Below are positions 55,045 through 64,000 of a stretch of DNA of 64,000 nt, in pieces (position 1 is the first letter of the stretch; each line of letters starts with the position of its first letter). This DNA is from Bigelowiella natans CCMP2755 (Eukaryota; Protista; Cercozoa). The DNA lies in assembly GCA_000320545.1 (NCBI GenBank), contig ADNK01002623.1, positions 28,550 to 92,549 on the forward strand, read 5' to 3'. The translations under genes were made by a program, and so were the position numbers. The notes beneath the pieces were generated by a model. That model worked only from the letters and a program-made list of their open reading frames with translations. It did not search any database and was not told the DNA's origin.

Positions 55045-56028
55045 CTTCGGAGGAGTCTCTCTCTTCGGAGCTCACAGATAAGTGCACGTGCCTTTCGCCA
55101 TTCTTGTAAGATGTTGTCCCGATCCTGTCGCAATTGAAAAATAGATCCACTTCCAGTTTTTCCGAATAATGGCATATGAATAATTGTCGCAATTATGTAG
55201 ATCATACTATTTTTACTGTTTACGATCCTGGTGCTTCATTTCGAGATTTCGAGGCAGGATCGAAACCTACTGTGGGAATTCATACCCTATTGGGGCTGCG
55301 ACATACAAAAATAATTCCAACCCAATGCTTCAAATAAATGGTCACCAAATTTTTAATATTCGCTCATTTAAGCTGTAATGTTGCTACTGTGGCAAGTCGC
55401 ACATTAATGATTAACATAGTTTTAGACTTCATAAACTTTCCGAGAAGAAGCTTATATCTGCATGCTAATCTTAGAGCGGTTTTGGTGAAAGGTTGGAGGA
55501 TTGAGTACACAATAATTTTATTTATTTATCTAAATTGCATGTATATTTATTCGAGAGATATGATAAATTATAGCCCTTTTGGCATAATGCAAGGTGTTCA
55601 ATTACTCTCCCCTACAACTGTACTACAATCTATGTCTGAACTACAAACCCATTTCCTCAGGTCGACCGAGGCTCGGATGGGGGGGAGGGCATGACAGGGA
55701 TTAAGATGAAGAATACACCAAAACAATGAGCGATTGTAGTTTTGGGTAACTTTTTTTTAAGACGAAGAAATAGGAAAAGGCGGCGGGGAAGGGATTCCTA
55801 TCGTCAAAAAAATGAATTAGTCCTGGAAGAGGTCGTTTCTCCTTCCCGATAGAAAAATAACCTTGCATGCTTTCGATATAAGGAGGCCAGCACAATAAGG
55901 AAGTTATCGCAATAAGGAGGCAAAAGAATACAAATATCGCGTTGAGGTAGATAACGAATTGAGAGGTTAGGGTTAGTGCTGGGAATTGTCAACACACATA
56001 AACATGAAATACTTCTCTCTGTATATAG

Positions 56029-56078
<50 letters not shown>

Positions 56079-56150
56079 CGAACATCTGTATGCGTAGGGC
56101 TCACTTTAATTCGAAGATATAGGGCGCGACAAAGGCTCCTTCGCATCCAA

Positions 56151-57842
56151 ATGAAGCGCTATGATATCGTCCGTGCGGTTGGTGAAGGTATGTTTGGGTC
56201 TGTCCTCAAGGCCATTATGAAGCAAACGGGAGAGGTGGTGGCAATTAAGAAGATGAAGCGGAAATTCTTCTCCTGGAAGGAGGTTGTCAAGCTGAGAGAG
56301 GTAAATAGCATTATCTAATTTGGTGCCGGGCTCGATGCATGCTGGATTTCGCAATCCAAAACAAAACTACGTGCTGTGGCTTATGTTGTTTTCAATCTTC
56401 ACCCAGGTCCAATCGTTGAAGAAACTAAGTCATCCTCACATTGTCAAATTGAAAGAGGTTTAATGAAATAATTAGAAGTTTGGTATGATGTAGGATGTTT
56501 AATTTATCCTCTATTCTGTTCTATTTTGTATTAGGTAATCCGGGAGAGAGACGAGCTCTTTTTTGTGTTTGAGTGTATGGACAAGAACGTTTATGAATTA
56601 ACCAAGGTTAATATGAGCAAATTTGGGTTTCAGATTTAGTTTACTGATTTTGGTTGCAACTATTCGTTATTTTTTTACTCAGGAAATGAAACTACGGGGG
56701 CGTTTGCTACCTGAGGGCCAGATTCGAAGCTACATGTATCAGATTCTACTGGGATTGGCATACATGCATAAGGTGGTGGTAGTAGTTGTTTAATGTATCA
56801 TAGTCGTCGATATCTTCCTCCGTGATGATATTTGAAAACTACTAGCAATTGTGGTTTTCTTCTTATGCAGCTACGATATCATGTATTCAGGTTGGATTTT
56901 TCCATCGTGATATGAAACCCGAGAATCTACTCGTTGACAAATCAAGGAAAGTACGTGATAATCTTGATTTTCGGAAGGACACGGGATGAAGTATTGGTAG
57001 TGGTTGATGTGAGATTTATCAATTATTGTCTTAGGTGGTGAAACTTGCGGATTTTGGATTAGCACGTGAGATAAGATCAAGACCTCCATATACACACTAC
57101 GTTAGCACACGTTGGTATCGAGCACCGGAGGTTTTGCTTAGGAGTGACGAATACAACTCACCTGTGGACGTAATAAATAAAATTCGGATACTAAATAATT
57201 ATTTATCTCAAGGTTTGAAGCTTATCTTCATCATTTTGTAATTTTCATTCACAGGTTTGGGCGTTAGGCGCTATCATGGCTGAGTTGTACACATTCCGGC
57301 CGTTGTTTCCGGTCTGAAATCAAGATAATAGCAAAATCTCTCTTTGTTTTATTTCGGACATCGTCAGCATCGGCATAATATTCACACCGTATCTTCATAT
57401 GCTGCTGTATAGTATCTCTTTTATCCGATTTTACCAAGTTGTATTATGTTTTAAAGCTTATGACATACTACATTTATCCCCTCATCATCTTATTATTTCT
57501 TTGAATCATGACTGATATTATTTTTCTAGGGATCAAGCGAGCCGGATCAATTGTATAAAATTTGCTCGGTAAAAGGATGATATTTTGCCTACGTACATAC
57601 AAATAAAGGCAATCTCATTGTGGTATAAAAAATTATTTCTTTCTTTAATAGGTTTTGGGGTCTCCCACAAAGCACTCATGGTCTGAGGGCCTTCGGCTAG
57701 CAAACTCGATGAAATTTAAATTTCCTTTTTTCACTCCAACGCCTCTCCATGAACTCGTCCCTAATGCTTCGGTGGAAGCGTTGCAATTGATGGTAGATAT
57801 GATGCACTATGACCCTTCGAAGCGACCGACGGTAATAGAAAT

Positions 57843-57881
<39 letters not shown>

Positions 57882-58842
57882 GCAGCAGCAGCAGCAATGT
57901 GTGTGTGTCGCATGCAGTAGTATTAGGAGTGGTAGTAGTAGTAGGAGGAGGAGGAGGAAGCTGTGGTGATGGAATATCGATAGCAACTTTCCCCAGAGGT
58001 GGTGTCGACAGACACGACACGTCGTCCTTTTCGAACATATAATTCTTAAATATTCGTTATTTCAACTTCTTTCTCAGGCCGCGAGGGCACTCGAGTACCC
58101 GTATTTTACTAATCATCCTAAAGACTTAGCGCTGCCTTCTTCGAAAACTAAAGCTACCAATTCATCAGTAATGCCAGCGTCTCTCAAACAGCCCAACCAT
58201 TCACATCATCATCATCATCATCATCATCATCACCATCGATCAACAAAGCCCTCCCTACCCCGCGACAACAATTCCACAACAAATCCACATCTTGGCTCTG
58301 GAAGCATTGCGTCTGATGGAAAGGTGGGAACTTAATAATAATAAATGAATGAATGATGATAAGCAGCATGACATTAGAGGGGAAGTGTAATATAATAAGC
58401 AAATGAATTAATAAGAAGTGGATAGTAAGTAATAAAATAAACAAATGAATTAATAATAGAAAAACCCTTTATTATAAGAAGTAGTTCAAATCAAATAGTA
58501 GAAATCAACATCAGCCTAGAAATTAGTAGTGCTTGTAGCTACATAGATGGACCTACCTCCTCGAAAGGGATAAATAGATCATTATTGCCTTGTTCTCAAA
58601 ATATATGGGGTGCTGATTGTCATTCTGCATTTATTTTAAGGAATGAATTTGTTTATGAATGCTTATTGGTAAACATTGGGGGTTGTAAACAAATAAATCA
58701 TTTATTTTGGTGAAATGGAAACCATCTTGCATTTTTACATGAATGGTGGAATCTTATACACGTAATAATCTTTTACCCCACATCACATTACATATACGAT
58801 GATGATCATGATCATGATCATGATGGGAATGGATATACACAC

Positions 58843-58873
<31 letters not shown>

Positions 58874-58950
58874 CTATGTGTGTGTGTGTGAAATGGAATA
58901 ATCGTTGCCATTGATCGCCCCCTTTCAAATTTGAAACAATAAAATATGGA

Positions 58951-58981
<31 letters not shown>

Positions 58982-60204
58982 CGCAACCAACGACCGACTG
59001 GCTCACCCCCCCGATGATGGGGAAAAGAAGATTTCTTCTTATTATCGCGGTGGCAGCAGTAGTATAGATCCGTTGATACTACAAGCGAAGGCAAAGGAGG
59101 AGAGGAAGCCCCTTTTTCGTTATTACTATCAGAAAAACAACAACAATAATAATAATAATGGTCACGGTAATAACGATCAAAAAAGACAACAACGACGACG
59201 ATGTCGTACAAGAGCGATATCGTCTGAAAGAACAACAAGCTATAATACGAGCAGCAGCAAATCATCATACCGCAACCGTCCAAGTCTGATCCCGGCACAT
59301 CAGCAGTTACGACCACCAGCACGGCAAGGGTACAGACCTAGAGTTGGATCTCTGGATGAAAATATGAACAAGAACAACAACCACCAGGAAAGTGGAGGAT
59401 TAGGAGGAGTAGGCTTGCTGCCGCTAACATCATTCAGACGTCGTCCTTCCTATCGAGTCAATAAATCTCCACTTCCTAGTAGTCTCCGTAATAGCAGCAG
59501 CAGCAGCAGCACTACTCGCACAAAAAAGAGCAAGAAAAACATAGGAAGAGGAGGAGATAGAACAAAGAAATGGCTATCAGCGGAAGTGGAGGAGAAACTT
59601 GGATCGTTTTGCCATCCATTGGACCTTATCAGCCCTGTGCTCACGCCAAAAGATGAAGAGGAGGAGGAGGAGGGTGACGGGGAAAAGAAGAAAAGATTTG
59701 GCTGTTCTTCACTGATGAGATATGATAAAGAGGATGATGGTGATAATGATGCGAAGGAAAGAAGAACAACGCAGAAACACGGTGATGATGACCAAAAGGC
59801 CACAGGAACGGCGACATTAGCAGCAGCTAATCATCAGTCCTGCTGGTCTCCAGGAGATGAAAATCTAAATGAATCGAAGTTGAGTTACGATGATGATGAT
59901 AATGGTGGTGATAGTAGCAGCAACATCTCATCATCCCTAAGCCGTACTGGACCCATTCTTCGCCTACAAGCAGCCACCAGTCTCAAGAAACAACAATCCT
60001 ATTACTACAGCAGCACGGCCACCACTAAAAAAGTACCCAAGATAATCCAATCTCCAGGCCTATGTGGATCTCTTCTTAGCCCTTCTTCTTCTTCTTCAGT
60101 GATGACGAAGAAGAAGAAGAAGACTGGAAATGGTGGTGGTGGTGGTGGTGGTGGTGGTGGTGGTAGTGCAACAAGTAACAGTAGTGGTGGTATTAGTAGT
60201 CTCA

Positions 60205-60240
<36 letters not shown>

Positions 60241-62329
60241 ATATGGTACCACCTACAAGTAGCAGCCCAGACTCATTCATATCGCCTCGTAATACTACTA
60301 CTACTACCACTACTATCACTACTTTTACACCGAAGAAGAAGACGATGGCTACGAAGCAAATAAGTAGTAATAGTAGATATGCACCACCCAATGTCGTCTA
60401 TGAAGCAGCAGCTGCTGCTGCTGCTGCCTCCTCCTCTCCTCTAAGATTTTCTGGTGATGAGAAGGAAACTGGAATCGACGACGATGATGATGATGATACA
60501 AAAAGAAAACTTGACGACAACGCTACCGCTACTTTTTCACCACTACTACCAATTCAAAAGCGAGTAGTACTAGCAGATCAGAAGATGATAATGAATCATA
60601 GAACGACGACAACTCGAAAAGTAGTGAGAGAGAGGGAGAGAGAGAGAGAGAGAGGGGGGGAGGGAGGGAGAGAGAGAAGGTCGAACTACTTTGTGTAGCA
60701 GCAAGCAGTAGCAACAGCAGCAAACAGTCTAGTCTACACACCAGTGTATTATTTATTACTCTTTCTTGAAACATAGGAGGAAGAGGAGGAGAATTAACTT
60801 AACTACTACACCTACTTGCTACTACTACTAAAGTGACCACGGCCTCCCGTCGTGTTTTTCCTTATTGATTTATATACTAAAAACATTGGGAGTGGAAGTA
60901 GAATAAGTGCGTGTAAATGATAGTTTCAATAATGATGAAAAAATAATATCAGTTACTGATAAGAGAAGGAGGATCATTAGACAAAGGAGGAGGGATGGGG
61001 GTGCAGTACTATCTTAAGGGGGAGGAGGAGTTCTATTCTTAGGGAGGAGGAGGAGTTTTGTTTTTTACTGGGACATTACTACTACGACAATTACAATTAC
61101 TAATCCTAGTGTTTGTAGTGACAATACGACCACCTACAATTTAAAATCGTTGTTTGCTTGGCTTGCTTCTAGTGGCTTTATCATTATCTTTTTTTTCTTC
61201 CACTAGTCAACACAATCCCATTCACTGACGTCTTGCTGCTTTCTATAATTGTTATTATATACTTTCACACAGTCAATGCTACCAATGCTTTCAATGAATA
61301 AATTTAAGTCTTCTGGAGTCAATAGTCATCACAACTCTAATGCCATGAATACAGAAGGTAAAAATGAACAAGTAATATCAATAAAAAGTATTGAATTGAG
61401 CAATTTGTTGTTGTTGTTGGCAGGGTCCTCCAAGCTAAATAATAAGATGCCAAATATTATCAACTCGAAAAGGACTGGTATGTACAACACGCCTCGTATG
61501 CAAAATCCGGGTGGTGTAAACAACAAGGTAATAAATAATTGTGTGCGATATATTCTAAATCTGAAATCACTTTGTTGCACTGCATCTGTTCCTCCTCCTC
61601 ATCTTTTCTTTTTTATTTAATTTGCCTTATTATCATCATCATCATCACTACCATCATCATCATCATATTATATGAAATATTAGAGCCAGCCTTCCAGTAT
61701 CTCTAGCATACCAGTCATTAAAAAGCATGGTTCTAGCATCCAAATGAGCTCTAAAAGACGTCCTCAGGGTCAGTGTTGTTTATTTAATTAGCCAAAAGAT
61801 CAATAATATCAATCATATCAACCAATCATTCGATAGAAGAAGAAGATGTTGTTACTTCGCAATCAAACATTGTTTGGAATTGAAATTTATTTTCTATGAA
61901 TTTAAGCCATTACTTGCCAGCACATTCGTAAAGAGTCACATATTCCCCTTTACTAATCATAAATCATTAACGGGTGATGTATTATTATTCACCAAAAGGA
62001 GGTTTTATCGGCAGTGCTGGGAGGTCACGAAAACCGATTGGAAGCGCGGGTCGAACACGAAAGCAGCCCGTCCCTACTGGACCTTTAGCGGTTTACGGAC
62101 GTAGGGGTCGGAAGAATCAGTTTGCCCGAGCGGTAGTAAAAAATATGATGATGATGATGAGATCTCCTTCGTCATGACAAGCTTACTCACCTTTTTATCT
62201 CGACTATAGGCTGCCAGTACGTTCGATAACGCACCGCCTTCTACGAATCAACTAACTAGTGTTGGAAGAGCTGCTAGGAAAAACAAACCACCTTCTTTAA
62301 CCCAGTTCTCGCGGCATCAAAGATGGTGA
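56151..62329 (+). CDS. MAK: MAK/ICK (CILK1)-family Ser/Thr kinase with long low-complexity tail
   Basis: Complete spliced kinase domain: [83 protein letters not shown]. The tail (59073-60620 and a GT-AG exon chain 61270-62329 ending FSRHQRW*) is less certain. Confidence 0.9.
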
Positions 62330-62444
62330 TTACAGCAGCATTTTCTGAAACGACCGGTGATTGTTGTAGAGGATGGCAACTTTGCAGAGTTCATGCTGTA
62401 GATCGGCATATTTTGCTAGATGAAAGTTCTTCATCACAAGTGTA

Positions 62445-63765
62445 AATTGTGATCAAAACTTTCCAACCACATGCATGCATGTCAGCATGCGCTGATTCAC
62501 CCAGCTCCATCTTTGCTCATCATTTCATCCATTCTGGCATGGCTAGATTGTGCGGACGTGCATGGACAGAAAACAGTCGTTGGCGCTTTTTCGCCTGCGC
62601 ATCGAGACAGAACACGTTCTACGCTTGCCGCTCGTGCGCCGCTACGAACTCAATCAGCATTTGCAGCAACAATTCGACGCCAATGAGGCAGCACTGCTAG
62701 ACTGCTGATGAAAGACACACCAAAGCTGGAAGACACAGCGCACAGGTGACATCACAAGCATGCACGACGATGCATGGTGCAAATGCAAACTTCATCCAAT
62801 TTTGCCATGCCAGCATGCCACAACTGCATCAAATGTGTGACGAATGGCATGAATTTTCAATTGAGAGTCATTGAGTGCACGTTTGCGCGTTCATGTGCGC
62901 CCAGGTGTGTGCTTTTTGCGTGCGTGTGCTGACTTTCGCACGTCCATGAAGCCAGTGTGCACACACCCTCATGAGCTTGCAAAACTTGTGGCACGCAAAT
63001 GCAAATGCGCCAGCGTGTTCAAAAGTGGCAAGAATTTTTCAATTTTTGCCCGCTGGCAGGCGTTGAAAGTGAGGTTTTCAAGCTGAAATTCGAAAAAAAA
63101 AATCAAGTTTGAACCTCAAACAGGCTCCAGTGTGCTTCCAATGTCCAATTGCAACGATTGAGCGCGCCAGGCTAGCAGGCCGCACGCGCAAAGCACAGTT
63201 TGTTCAAAACCCACTCGTCACCGGGATTGACATGCACAGTTGTGGCATGCCAGCATGTCCATTTGTCATGAGCAGATTCAAATCACAAAAAGACAACCTC
63301 ACGTTGACGATGAAACGTGCTTTCTTCTGTTTGCCAAACTTGCAACACATTCCACCGCAGTTTGCAAACACTCGCAAAAGTGCAACACTTCAAGGTGACC
63401 AGAGAGGGTCAGGGTGAGCGAGGGTGTGGGGTGAGTGTGTGGGGCATGAGTGCAGAGTCGATGTGCAGGTTGGGGATCGTGGTCAGGGTTGGAGTCAGGG
63501 TCAGGGTTCAGGTTGGGGTTTTGGTTTTCTCCCGGGCCACGACCAAAGTGACGACCAAAGTGACGATCGAAACGAGGGTCAAAGTGAGGAAAACTGGTCG
63601 CAAAAACCGACCAGGGTTTTTTTCAGGGCAAAAGTGAGGGCCAAAGTCATGGAAAGTGGCAAGGGTTTCAGGTCATGGCTGGGATGAGGGCCAGAGTCAC
63701 GGTTTTTGGTGAGGAAATTGGACCAGGGTTTGGGTGAGGGTTGGGATGAGCACCAGGATCAGCAT
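62445..63765. other. Subtelomeric TpA-depleted island
   Basis: Manual count: 5 TA in ~1320 bp (CTAG 62543, CTAC 62619, CTAC 62642, CTAG 62697, CTAG 63172). Confidence 0.92.
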
Positions 63766-63808
63766 TAGGACCAGGTGTGAAACTAGGAGAACAAGTCAGG
63801 CCAAGTTG
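63405..63808 (+). repeat. Degenerate telomere-like repeats (TCAGGG, TGAGGG, TTGGGG, CCAGGG)
   Basis: e.g. ggtcagggttggagtcagggtcagggttcaggttgggg at 63481-63518. Confidence 0.75.
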
Positions 63809-64000
63809 TTAGGGTTAGGGTAAGGGTTAGGGTTAGGGTTAGGGTTAGGGTTAGGGTTAGGGTTAGGGTTAGGGTTAGGGTTAGGGTTAGGGTTAGGGTT
63901 AGGGTTAGGGTAGGGTTAGGTAGGGTTAGGGTTAGGGTTAGGGTTAGGGTTAGGGTTAGGGTTAGGGTTAGGGTTAGGGTTAGGGTTAGGGTTAGGGTTA
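63809..64000 (+). repeat. Telomere (TTAGGG)n
   Basis: About 32 tandem TTAGGG units to the window end with a few variants (TAAGGG, TAGGG); G-rich strand runs 5'->3' outward. Confidence 0.98.

Noticed and set aside
61329-61580. Minus-strand hydrophobic ORF as a separate membrane protein
   Set aside because: The plus strand has a coherent GT-AG exon chain that better fits the kinase tail
1-64000. rRNA/tRNA genes, an autonomous transposon ORF, or a deaminase gene explaining the signature
   Set aside because: None recognisable by eye; no HxE...PCxxC deaminase motif or RT/transposase motifs noticed

Overview
This window is the last 64 kb of a eukaryotic (protist-like) chromosome arm, ending in a (TTAGGG)n telomere. 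It is gene-dense and intron-rich (GT-AG, many micro-exons), uses the standard code and is full of microsatellites. Recognisable genes are a CDKN3-like protein phosphatase, an N-acylated 4-EF-hand protein, DNAAF5/HEATR2, a Sulfotransfer_2 sulfotransferase, a PIP kinase, a GT10 fucosyltransferase, a protein with a CPSF6-like RRM, DIS3L and a MAK/ICK kinase, plus several hypothetical genes. The ciliary genes imply a flagellated organism; a chlorarachniophyte-like identity is only my impression. The strongest unexplained signal is non-genic. Discrete intergenic and subtelomeric islands (best at 33.9-34.9 kb, 43.5-44.4 kb and 62.4-63.8 kb) have almost no TpA, are rich in TpG/CpA, and keep CpG and A/T runs. 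The few surviving TA sites lie mostly in CTAG/TAG context. Repeat copies, an apparent fossil (TA)n tract and old telomere repeats all show TA versus TG/CA changes. This fits a RIP-like, context-specific A-to-G (TpA-targeted) hypermutation system acting on repeats or silent DNA. No responsible enzyme is visible in the window. Exon boundaries and dinucleotide counts were read by eye and need computational confirmation.
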